From Balanoglossus misakiensis (Eukaryota > Animalia > Hemichordata): a DNA stretch of 64,000 nt. A model generated the notes under the pieces. That model searched no databases and was not told the DNA's origin. It was given only the letters and a program-made list of their open reading frames with translations. Below are positions 12,770 to 23,888 of the stretch, piece by piece. A program made the position numbers and the translations under genes. Numbering within the stretch: position 1 is the stretch's first letter; every line of letters starts with the position of its first letter. The DNA is taken from assembly GCA_040954595.2 (NCBI GenBank), contig CM082584.2:6390110-6454109 (forward strand), in the 5' to 3' direction.

Positions 12770-15700
12770 CTATTTATCGAGTCTGCATACTGGATTATTT
12801 TGCACCATGTGAAGATCCACTTTGTGACCGACGAGATCTCTGATGTTGTTCAGCTTGTACTTGATCATGGTTGGTCTGCAAAGTAAAGATGAAGAGAGAC
12901 AGTAATATTAGATCAATAGAGACATCAATGAAATTTAGGATTTTTTATTAATTTTATCTATACAGTTTTATTATACTAATTATCTATTTTTGTTAATATT
13001 ATTATGTTTCTAACTGCATTCATTGTATTTGATTTCATTCCGAGCTCAACACCTGGCTATGTTGCCAGCCAAACAAAGGTCAGAGGTCACCCTCTGTCAA
13101 TCAACTCACCTTTCTAGTGACAGTCCCCACGCTATGACAGTCACATCTTCCGGCAGTCCCATGGGAAGCAGCATCTCCGGCCGGAAGATTCCCGAGTTGC
13201 CCACTTCCACCCATTTTTTCAGACCCTCGTGATAGCTGAACACCTCCATGCTGGGCTCAGTGTAGGGGTTGTAGGCGGGCTTGAAACGCAATTTCTCAAT
13301 GCCTGGTGGAAGGAAAAGTAGGATTTCAGAATATTTCTCCAAGAATTCGATGGACAGTGTAGCTTCCTAGGCTCTACATTCCATACAATGAATTTTTCTT
13401 TTAAGTGTTAAAAATGTTGCTTTGATAATCAAATTATGTCTGACATAGTCTCAGTGGACCTAACCATTACTTTCATTGACATTGTAGTCTCAGTGGACCT
13501 AACCATATCTTTCATTTCTATTACAATAGAACAAAGTTTCTGATAGGCTTAACATTTCCAAAGTATGCTGAAAGAAAAACTAAATCAACCAATCAAGGAG
13601 AGAGGTACGACAAATGATCCGAATACCTAATTTTTTGAAGAAAGAATGTAAAACAGTATGCTAAACGAGAAACTAAACCAACCAATCAAGGAGAGAGGTA
13701 CGACAAATGGTCCGAATACCTAATTTTTTGAAGAAAGAATGTAGAACGCCGATGAGATGACCGAGCGTCAAGCCCCGGTCGGCCACCACGCCCTCGATCT
13801 GGTGGAATTCGGCCAGATGCGTGGCGTCCAGCGACTCGTTGCGGAAGACCCTGTCGATGGAGAAGAACTTGGCCGGCTGGAACGGCTTCTGTGCCAGCTT
13901 GTAGAGCATCCTGGCGCTGACCGCCGTCGTGTGCGTGCGCAAGATGTTCTTTCTCGCCTCTTCGATCTTCCACTCGCACATGTACCTGTGTGGTCACAAG
14001 ATAGACATGATTTTGCATGAAAATATTTCAATGTAAATTCTGCATTTGCAAGTACATGTACAGTATTTCTACACTCATTGCTGGTGCAATTATGGCACAC
14101 TGCACGAGTCTATACTTTTTTTTCTCTTTTCACTCAAAACATGGCACTAAATATTGCATTGACCCACTCAAACAAGCCACAATACACTAATGTTACGCAT
14201 ATATAAGTAGTCAGCCTTCTCAAGATGCAAAATAACTTTATATTACATTTCATTTATTATGGTTACTTTACAGACACTTGAATGCTGTATGTGGCACTCT
14301 ATATTAATACAATAACGGTGTGGTTATAGAGATTACATGTTATGCATACAATGAACATTATTGCACGACTGCCAAACTGTCAAAACAAATGAGAACTTTG
14401 AAATAATAGATCTGAAAATGAATACATTATATCTCTTACCCTTTAGAGCCGTAACCACCCTCTGAGTGAACCTTTTTAACTCTCTCCAGATAATCCATGG
14501 GAAATTCATGTGCATTCATTGGATCTGTCACAGAAAACAAGTAAGCGCCATTAGCATTTGTAGGCATCTATTCCCGGTCAGCTGTTATCCAAGTGGGTGT
14601 GTGTAATTCTTAACATGGATGTCTCTCATCAGTTCCCATAAACACAGCATTCATTTGTTATCAAAAATGACACTGTGGTTTTTTAAGCGCATACAAGCAA
14701 TGCTGACAAGCATGGATTACTGGATATGTTAGCATGTTGTTTGGAGTAGAACAAGAAATCGCAGTTACAGCTAAATGTCCCTTTAATGTCTGCTGGAAAT
14801 AGTTGACTTGAAGGGTAGCTGACACTGACCTTGCACAAAGAATGTGTCGTGCGAATCCCTGGCAGGATGCTGCTGTGGCTGGAATAAAGCGTCAAAATTC
14901 CAGAAAGAGCTCTCTACAAAGTTGTTGGTTGGCATTTCTGTGAATCTGTACATAAAGAAAGGAAAAGAGACACTGTTTGAACTACATTCAATTAAGCTTC
15001 AACAATGTGACGATTTAACATTCGGCCATTTTCGTAGCACAGTCGAGAATTGACGGAATGGCTGCAACTTTGACTTACCCTAACTCGAGGAAAATCTGCC
15101 TGAATTCTGTGCGCACTTTTTGCAGAGGGTGAAGGTGTCCGCCCGACGGTGGCACTCCCATGGCATCAAAGTTGAGACTTTTGAATTTGTGCGTTTTCCA
15201 GGAACCACTGAAAAATAACCACAAGAGGCGTGATAAGTGTATGTGTACATCAATCTTGCAGCTTATATGACTCAGAGTGCAAAATAAATATTTACAAAGT
15301 AGATTTGACTCTACCAGGTTAAAAAATAGGATATTGGGCAGTAAACATTTAACATGTTTTTTTTCCCCCTTAAATGGTTCAATCACGACAGAAACCACAG
15401 ATTTTATTCAAAGTGTAAGTATTCTAAAGCAAAAATTTTACGGTTACAAAAAATTTGTAAAATCAGAACTTACCTGGTGATCATTTCCGGTGTCAGATCT
15501 GCTTCTTGTCGACTAATCTCTGTGCTAAATTCACTGCCTTTGCTGACAGCATAATATTTTACAGTCCTGCAACAAAAGAAACATTCTCAGTGTCAGCATA
15601 CAATAAAAGATTCCGATTTCTCTCTCAATACTCTTAGCAAAACATTCTCAAGGAAAATCTACTTCCATTGGAGTGAATCCATTCATTTTTACTTGGACAT

Positions 15701-17391
15701 TTGAATAATTTAGCCACATGAAATAATCTTTATGTTTATTTACACTTCTGAAACAAGTTTTCTCTTTTAATTTAGCCACATGAAATAATCTTTATGTTTA
15801 CTTACACTTCTGAAACAAGGTTTCTCTTTTAATTTAGCCACATGAAATAATCTTTATGTTTACTTACACTTCTGAAACAAGTTTTCTCTTTTAATTTAGC
15901 CACATGAAATAATCTTCATGTTTACTTACACTTCTGAAACAAGTTTCCTCTTCTTGTATTCTGCTTTTTCTCTGTCGCTAATTTGATCGTCTCCCAGACT
16001 AAGTTTCTTCAGCTGTTCCTGTACTTTGTCCACAATGGTGTCTGTCTGTGAAATGGAACCAGAAAGCACGGCACTGGATGAAATTACCCAATTTAATTAA
16101 TGGGGATGGAGTAAAACCATGGTGACCACGGATTTAGTCAGTAATTCACGAGGTCAAGGGTCAACAATGCACTAAGGTGATTGGTTAGTTACCTTCCTCT
16201 TGACCCTGGGTCCACCTTCGGCGCTTTTATCCACAACAAGCCATTGTGCCGACATGGCCTTGCTGAAGCCTACTTTTGCATTGGGAATTAATTTCTGTGA
16301 AGTAAAATTAAATTAAGAACCTGTATTTATTTACATTCGCCGTCAACCTTCACAGTGCTGAAAACCACATATATGAAATGAGATGGTTCTGTTTTAGCCC
16401 AGTGGGGTTAAATCCTCCCAAGTACATACAACCAACTTGATCAAATTACTCAATTAATGACAAATTTGGTGTGTCATTTATGCATAAAGACCTTTCCATG
16501 TAGGCATGCACTTCACATATACTGATACCACTTATAGAGATTTCCCAGGATTCTCACACCGACTCAAAATCTCACATGCATGCACAATATGGACACTACC
16601 GATTGTAAGATATAACCATACCATTAGGTCTGCCTGAAGTATTCCTGCATCAGAAGGAACTGCTTGATATATGACAGCTTCTGGACTTCCATTGGCTACA
16701 GCAGATCTGCCTTCTTCTGACAGTTCCCACTTCTTGTAACTTTTTTGTTCAGCATTGATAAGCTGTAAAATTGTGGAAAGGAACAACAGGAGATGTGTGA
16801 TACGTACACAGTAGTCTATTTTCAGAGAATTGTTTACATCTTATTTATGAAGCAAGCTGAAATCACCCTTTTCATTTGATTACAGTCCGCACAGACTCTG
16901 ATTTGTTTGTTCTGCTTTTTGTTTTGTTTATATTTTCAGCTCTGTCGCCCCGACCGGCTTTCTGGGGTGAACGTAATAGACACGCCCTCTATTGCATCAG
17001 TCGTTGATCATAACCAGTGAAAGCCATGACACAAGGACAACATGGTAACAGATTGCGAAGTATAGACGGATGTCCACTGCAAGATACGCTACGTGGAGCG
17101 ATCACGCGAAATCTAGTTGTATTATGTGCAGTTTAAAAAGACAAATCACAGGCGAAGTAGACCAAACATCGCGAAAGATGGGTTTCTTACGTTTCCTAAC
17201 GACTGCAGGCTTTTCACAGCGCCGACAATTTGCTGGTGGTCCGCATCCAGACGTTTGGCTAATTCTTCTGTTGTCAGGTTTTCGTCTTTCTTGATTTCTT
17301 GTAATATTCTCTCTCCAAGACCGTCACCAGTCTTACTTCCCGTGTGCTTGGCGTCCTTACCAGGTTGGTTCGATTTCGTCATTTTTTTCAT
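12770..17391 (-). CDS. FARSA: Phenylalanine--tRNA ligase alpha subunit (cytoplasmic), 11 exons, about 515 aa
   Basis: Exons: 17391-17191, 16762-16622, 16294-16193, 16045-15930, 15566-15474, 15207-15079, 14945-14830, 14524-14440, 13985-13720, 13302-13110, 12875-12770 (1548 nt, phases consistent). Motifs: [135 protein letters not shown]. Confidence 0.97.
13446..13518. repeat. Two-copy intronic tandem repeat, unit about 39 bp
   Basis: TAGTCTCAGTGGACCTAACCAT..CTTTCATT occurs twice. Confidence 0.7.
13562..13747. repeat. 93-bp tandem duplication spanning the FARSA exon 9 donor
   Basis: AGTATGCT...CAATCAAGGAGAGAGGTACGACAAATG.TCCGAATACCTAATTTTTTGAAGAAAGAATGTA starts at both 13562 and 13655. Confidence 0.9.
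14729..14786. mobile_element. Right-end remnant of a TTAA-flanked element (family D)
   Basis: TGGAGTAGAACAAGAAA...AGTTACAGCTA..TGTCCCT|TTAA is shared with 54261-54351 and has the same terminal GTCCCT|TTAA as family A. Confidence 0.55.
15707..15952. repeat. Four-copy 62-bp tandem repeat spanning the FARSA exon 4 donor
   Basis: Unit AATTTAGCCACATGAAATAATCTTTATGTTTACTTACACTTCTGAAACAAGTTTTCTCTTTT. Minus-strand donor GT positions fall at 15929, 15867, 15805 and 15743. Confidence 0.92.
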
Positions 17392-17493
17392 GTTTTCTCA
17401 CCAACCTTCTCCCTCAGCTGATTCAAGTCAGGCCAATGCATGAAATCCACATGTGTAAGAGCGCCACCAACCCAAATCCCGCATATATCTTTC

Positions 17494-17507
17494 GATCTCG
17501 CGAGATC
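17494..17507. promoter_or_regulatory. Perfect palindrome GATCTCGCGAGATC containing the TCTCGCGAGA housekeeping-promoter (BANP/M8-type) motif
   Basis: Lies about 105 nt upstream of the FARSA ATG, in the divergent intergenic region. Confidence 0.6.
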
Positions 17508-17660
17508 ATAAATAGCAATTTTCTTTCGTACTCATTGCTTTCGGGTTTTAACACTTTGAAATCAACCGTGAATTAAGAATACACCTATAAATAAATAAAA
17601 ACTATCCAGTCATCAGATGTACGTGACTTTTAACAGATTTTATTCAAAAGGTTATCTTCT

Positions 17661-17704
17661 GTTGCCTTGGTGAAGAGGAAGACGCCATGACACCTATGAC
17701 GTAA
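17661..17704 (+). promoter_or_regulatory. Imperfect RFX X-box (GTTGCCTTGGTGAA) plus CRE-like TGACGTAA, upstream of the membrane-protein gene
   Basis: Partial match to GTTGCCATGGCAAC. A candidate non-coding first-exon donor lies at 17920 (GTAAGT) and an acceptor at 18382. Confidence 0.3.
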
Positions 17705-18419
17705 AAGGTCAGCCTTCAAGAAATCAACAGGTCTTGACTTCTCAGTTCGAAGACGTTGAAAATGTAGATCTTTGGCTACAGATCTTAGTCGATTATCAAA
17801 TGACACGGTGGGTTATAATCTTTGATTACTATTATTTCTGTTCCTGGTGCCGTAAAATTGTGGAATTCCGAATAAGTGGCTGTGCGCACGTAAAAATGAT
17901 TTTGAAACTGAAGCAAGTTGTAAGTGATTGTGTTGGCCTGGAATGTCGAGCAGTTTTTGGAGAACATCTGTCCTAGAAATCTTATTAAACTGTAGTATAT
18001 GAGAGATGAAAATGTACGCTGGAATTATAGCTTGTTGGTTCATTGGATCTGTAAATGTAATGTAACGAAACCAATTTTGTCAGAATCCGTGTTTGTCATC
18101 ATGCTTGTTATACATAAGTACAGGAGGAAGTGGCTAAGAAAGTAGTAAGATCATCCGGGTATTAAAACGTGCACCACCACCTAAATCTTCTGGGTTTAAA
18201 CTTTATATCTTTGAAAAGAAGTTTGCTTGTTTGTTGGTTGTTGCCTTGAAAGGAAAATGGTCAACATTTGCAAAGCTCTCATTCTTGAACATAAAAAGGG
18301 ATCATGAAAAGTTTTGGATTTGTGCAATTCTACACAACCTAAATTTTCTATATATTTATATAATTTATTCTTGACATTTCAGCTAATAAGTGAACTGCGA
18401 TTAATATCCAGCCACCACC

Positions 18420-21400
18420 ATGACATCGTCTCAAGAACTACGTGTAGAAACCGAAATGGATGAAACTGAACCAGAAGAAGGTGTCCCACTTCTTCCTGTT
18501 GTGACGTTTACACAGCCGGACTTTGACGGTCGGCGCAGGGAGGACGCGCACAATGTGGACATGCTCTATGTCAAGGAAGAAATGGACGATGACTACTACA
18601 TGAAGTTTTCGCCCCAGTACAAGCGGAGGAGAGTGGAGCTGGTGTTCTCCGGATCAGCGTTCCTGATCATCGACTTCCTTCAGATTTACGCTCTGATATT
18701 CTCGGTCGCCCTCCGCTGGACCTGGCCGGAGGAGTGGAGCCGGGCCACCCGGTATATTTTCTTCGCCAACCTCGACATCTGGGAATTCACGAAACTCCAG
18801 CTGCCGGGCGTGTACAAGGCCGCGTCCAACTACTTCATCCCCAGCGACCAGATGGTCATCGACTATCGCTACTACCTCCTGGCGTGGGGACTCGTCGCCT
18901 TCTTCTTCGTGCTCTCGTTCGCCTGCATCTACATCGCCTTCAACGCCAAGAAGCGCCCCAACATGCTGATCCGGCTGGCCAAGCTGAAGATGGTCTACGC
19001 CACCCTGTGCCACATCCTGGCCCTCCCGTTCGGCGTGGCCATCGCCCGCATATTCTTCTGCACGCCGTACGTGAACCAGCTGGACGTGTACAACGCCTAC
19101 ACCTGCTGGAGCGGTATCCACTGGGCGTTCATCTGTCCGTTCGTCGCCATCGCCGTCATGTTCTACGTCGTCTACCCGATCTGGCTCATCACCAAGATCC
19201 GGCCGCACTTGCTGAGCACCCGGGGCGAACGCCACGAGGGCTACGTGCAGCTCAAGGAGACCGAGTACGCCCACTCCCTGTCCACGCTCTGGCTGGTCAA
19301 TCTCTTCTTCTTCTTCTCCTCTTTCCAACGTTTCTGGGTGTACTACCACCCGGTCATGCACATCTTCAAGGGCATCCTGATCATCTGGTACGCCTCCCTG
19401 CTGCACGAGTCTTTGCTCCAGGCGGGCCTGATGTCCGCGACGCTGTTGGTGATCTTCGTCGCGGTCTGCGTCAAGCGGCCGTTCCGCCTGACCTGTTTCA
19501 ACTTCTACATCATTTTCATCTTCGGCCTCCTGACGACCCTCTGCATCATCGGAACCTTCCAGAACATCCCGGGGATACTCTCCGCCTTCCTGACCCCGGA
19601 CTACCTCAAGTGGGAGCTGGCCGGGCTGCTGGGGTGCTGGGTCTTCGTCACGGTCGTCTGGTTCGCGTACCTCATCGGCCGCTACTTCGAGCTGTGCTGC
19701 GGCGGCGGCCCGCTGTGGCCCAAGATGACCTCCCACGGCATGGACGAGCTGAGCGAGCACACGCAGAAGTACATGCACGCGCTGCTGCACGGCAGGATCA
19801 TCCTGGAGTACGCGCTGTCCATCCCGCCCGTCTTCAGCCCCGCCCACGAGCTCGCCCGGCAGATCCAGATCGTCAACGCCTACTGCCGGGAGGCCGAGCT
19901 GCTGCGCGACCCAATCCACGACGCCCTCTGGGACCTGCTGGACGAGCTGATCGAGGCCCACTCCAAGATCGCGCCGATATCGCTGTTCGCCGAGTCGGTG
20001 AAATCGTCCATCCGAGAGACGGCCAGCGATCTGATGAAGATCATGCCCTCGTTCAAGAAACGCCTGGCACAGAGAGAATACGACTTCTGTTTGATGACAC
20101 CACTGAAAAGGCGTATGCTTCTGAAGATGTACATTATAGGTAACGTTATGTTCATTTAATGTACATGTACCTACACCTCACATTAGACAAACTTGTGGTG
20201 GCTAAATTATAACAGTTACCATTGATTTTGAGACATTCACTTTAAAAAACAAAAGTTTACAAAATGATAGTGTACCCATGTGAGGGCACTGTCAGTTTCC
20301 TCAGCATTTCCCAGAAATTACCCATGAGGGCGCTGTGACTTTTTCAATGAAGTCCAGATCGGTCAGTTGGGAAAAGAACGTGCACATTATCAAGAATCTG
20401 ATTGTGAGCAACTATGGGCAGCTAATCAATCTGAGAGCCCCTTTCTGCGATATCGGAAGAAAGATAGTCTTTGATTTAAGGCCTTGACCAGCTTGTAATC
20501 TGTTATAGCGTAGCACATCCTATGGGGAATAGTTATCACTGGTTGCAATATTCCATATGGCACGGCAGTTTGTCGTACTTCCGGAGAGACGGGTTTATGA
20601 AAGTTGTCAGGCAGACGCCAATGAGTTTAATTTCCACCTCTTCAGTCAGAACTGATTGACTCTCGGCTGTTCACGATATTAAAGCGGTCTCCTCCGTTTG
20701 ACAGCTCCACTCGGCATACCCTCAGTGTACTCCAGAAAAAAACAAATTCCACTGATTGAAATAAAAAAAACATGGTCTGAATTTCAATTTGATTTCTTTT
20801 ACACCACAGAGCGCAACTACATGTATATATGGCACATCTCTGGAATTGTAGTTGCTTTTACTGAATGAAACAGGGTTGTGTTGTGAAGGAAAATTGAGTT
20901 CAAACGAACCCTGTCAAACATGGATCATTTTCCTATTCATTCACGAAGACATGGTCAAACCCTGAGCTTTTTCTGGTGAAGCACTTAATGTATAGATCTA
21001 TTCACATGGAAATATAGTCGTTTGGGTTAAAACTCTAGCTGGTGCTTGTAACTCTGAAAATTACATGAAATTTGGAAAGTAATGAAAATCAACAATATGT
21101 AATGTAAGAAGTCTAGTGGTACACACTGCCCTCAGTGTACAACCTCCGCATTTTGACAAATAAATCAACTTTTCAGTTTTGCGCTTTACAACTTTAACTA
21201 CAGTTCTGTCTTGTAAATCGACCATCAGGGGGTTTTGTTTTTAGTTCTCGTGTAAAATTGATAACGTCACAAGATGATACATGTACGACCGATAACCCAT
21301 CATGGATTTCTCTTGCTCTCTACGTCTAGGTGTATTTGTCAATGACAGACGTGATCGAAGTAGAGATTATCAGAAGACTGATGTTGTCAAGAAACTCTAC

Positions 21401-23316
21401 AATCCTAAGGAGTCTGTTGTCTTGCAGACCAGGGATTCTGAAGGTAAGTTCGCACTTTCAGCTCAAATTTTTCAATTAATTTTGTAGAATGCACACATCT
21501 TTGTCTGATTGAGAAATCACCCAATTTTTGGTCCTTACATAAATTACCCTCTCGGGAATTACTGATCAATCTAAGACGACACATTTCAGATTTCATCAAC
21601 AACAATGGCACCTCCAGGAGAACAGTTAGACAACTGACTGATGGTCCTGCATTAATTGATTAACACTCAGATATTCATGGAAACGCATCAAATTTTAACC
21701 AGACAATCTCGCAGACTGGTGTTCCGGAAAAGGGTTTCCGGGGGGACAGTTTATCAAAAGTTGTATGACGCGATAACATGACTGATGTATTTTATCACTC
21801 TACGTGCAAATTGTGTTTGCTCTCCAAGATGACTATCACGTATCTGCATGATCCTATACGGGAGGGAGATCATAATTTCTGACACCAATAGTGACAGATT
21901 TTGTATGGCATCTTGTGTACTGCACAAATGAACATTTCCGTTAACGACGCCATAAATTTTGTTCTCTGTGCCTGGGGCAATGTATCAACAGAAGGACAGT
22001 GATTGTTATTTTGGGTGACATTACAGTTTCTATTCACATGACAGAACCTGCATCATTCGACTTAGATTTCAGCATGACATGAGAAACTTTCTTTCCTCAT
22101 CCTTTCAGATGATGATGGCTATTACGAGGAGGATGTTGAAGTGGGCATCGGACCGACCGGACCAAGAGCCACGTACACTGTGTACAGACCAGAGACAGCT
22201 CAGACCATAGCCCTGATGTCAGATGATGAGTTGGCGGACTTTGAAAGGAGACACTTTGCTGCAGCCAGGGTAAGGAGGAGTACCATCTAGCTGACGTGAA
22301 AAAAAGGGGTGCTGTGACAGTCAGAGTGGCCCTTAGATAATAATGAAAAAGGAGTCCAAGTTTACGTGTGTCCTTAGTTCCAGTATCATGAATGTGAACA
22401 AAATTGTTTCACAAACGCATAGTTGTTGGCCATTGATTCTGAGGGGTACTCTATTCTGATGCTGATGTAGGGCAAAAAAAAAGTATATACCATAAAAATG
22501 TTGACTCATGGCAAATGATATGAGTGAAACAAACAGGCTTCCCTAGCTCATAGTCAACATACAAGCTTAAGCATGTGAATTTTGGGGATATAGTTACCGG
22601 TAACATGACTGTTTTTATTTGATTACAGAGTGATACATTCTCGTCGCTGACTGATTCCATCGATATCACTGCTATGATGGCGGGAGTTCCAGATCTTCAA
22701 ACTAGCACAGGGTAAGAACCAAACAATAATAAATCTTGGATAAAAATTACAGTTGTTACACTTTGTTTATCTGTGAGAAAAATATTCTCTGTTATTTGAC
22801 ACAAACTGGCATTCTTATGAGACAGGGGGTTATTTTAGCCTCTTTTTTTGACCAGATGGCGTAAATAAATATGAAATAAATTGATGGTTTTCCTAATTTT
22901 TGTTTTGAATGCACAGGTCGTCACGTCCCAGCTCCAGCGCCAGCAAGTCGCGCCAGGGGTCGTCTCACTTGAGCGAACAAAGCACGGCCCCGCAGAGCAC
23001 GCCCGCCGATCTGAAGAGCGCCCTCACAGTTCAGAAAGACAGCCCCGCCGCCGATCTGAAGAGCACCCCCGCTGGCGAAGCAGACGAGCTGGGAAGCAAG
23101 TCCGAGCCAGAGGCGGACGCGGGACCGTGGGAAGGAATCGTCGCAGGAGAAGACAAACAGGAACCGGAAGACATCCGACCGGAAGTAGCTACTTTGAGTG
23201 AAGAGGCAGAGGAAGACGAGGCCACGACCAAAAAAAGCAAAAGCACCGAGAGATTACTGACCCCACAGCAACAGAAGAAACGTAAAAAGAAAACCGGTTC
23301 TAAGAGAAAGAAGTAA
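18420..23316 (+). CDS. Uncharacterised multi-pass membrane protein, about 825 aa, with roughly 10-11 hydrophobic segments, a helical cytoplasmic region and an acidic then Lys-rich tail
   Basis: Kozak-like GCCACCACCATG follows an acceptor at 18382. Coding exons 18420-20139, 21330-21443, 22109-22269, 22629-22711 and 22917-23316 are all GT-AG and total 2478 nt in frame. Codons are strongly GC3-biased. The last exon has an internal PADLKS/AADLKS repeat and ends KKRKKKTGSKRKK*. Confidence 0.88.
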
Positions 23317-23882
23317 AAATGATTTATATATTTTCAGGAGTTATTTACAGAAAATTTTCCTATTCAAATTGACGAGTTATTCCAAAATCGACTACAAATA
23401 CATTCCCGTCCACTTTTTAATACATTTGAAATCTAACGGGTTGTAGGTAGTTCCTACAACAAAATTGTGGAGATATAGAGTACAACACTTGCAGAGGCTT
23501 TACGTTCCTGATTTGATTTTCAACAAAAATCTTGTTTAAAGATTTATGTGGCTGAAATTGTGGAAGTACCCAGTAGTTACAGTGCTTTATCAAGGGAAAC
23601 TTGGTCACTGATGTTATTTTAGGCTGATTTTCTGTTTTACGTAGTTTTAAAATTGCAATACTGTATCTACAATTTCAAAACAAACCTTGAAAGTTCTGTA
23701 AATAACTGTACAGAGAAGATTGTTATTACATCTATATTGTACATTGTTTTATGCAAAATTACAGTTTTCGTATATTGTTCTAACAAAGTAACCAGTTATG
23801 GTTATCGCTGAAGAAGAAAAAATCCCCCTGATTTCTCCTGTAAATTCTCTGTATATTATTAATTTCTACCCAAATGTATCAT

Positions 23883-23888
23883 AATAAA
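23883..23888 (+). terminator. Candidate polyadenylation signal AATAAA for the membrane-protein gene
   Basis: About 570 nt after the stop, followed by a GT-rich tract (TGTATGTGTTTGTG). Confidence 0.5.

Noticed and set aside
13686-14100. Several overlapping ORFs around FARSA exon 9
   Set aside because: The same GC3 shadow effect. Only the [13 protein letters not shown] frame is FARSA.
15707-15952. CRISPR-like appearance of regular repeats (also 29760-29874)
   Set aside because: The units are contiguous with no unique spacers, there are no cas genes, and the context is a eukaryotic gene region.
18420-20139. Horizontal transfer or retrogene origin of the GC-rich 1.7-kb exon
   Set aside because: The gene has normal spliceosomal introns on both sides, and the same GC3 pattern occurs in an exon of the native gene FARSA. 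Not supportable without a phylogeny.
18654-20143. Long overlapping ORFs: 435 aa antisense (18654-19961) and 469 aa alternate frame (18734-20143)
   Set aside because: Expected shadows of extreme GC3 bias, which depletes stops in other frames. The compositions are low-complexity and have no splice or start support.
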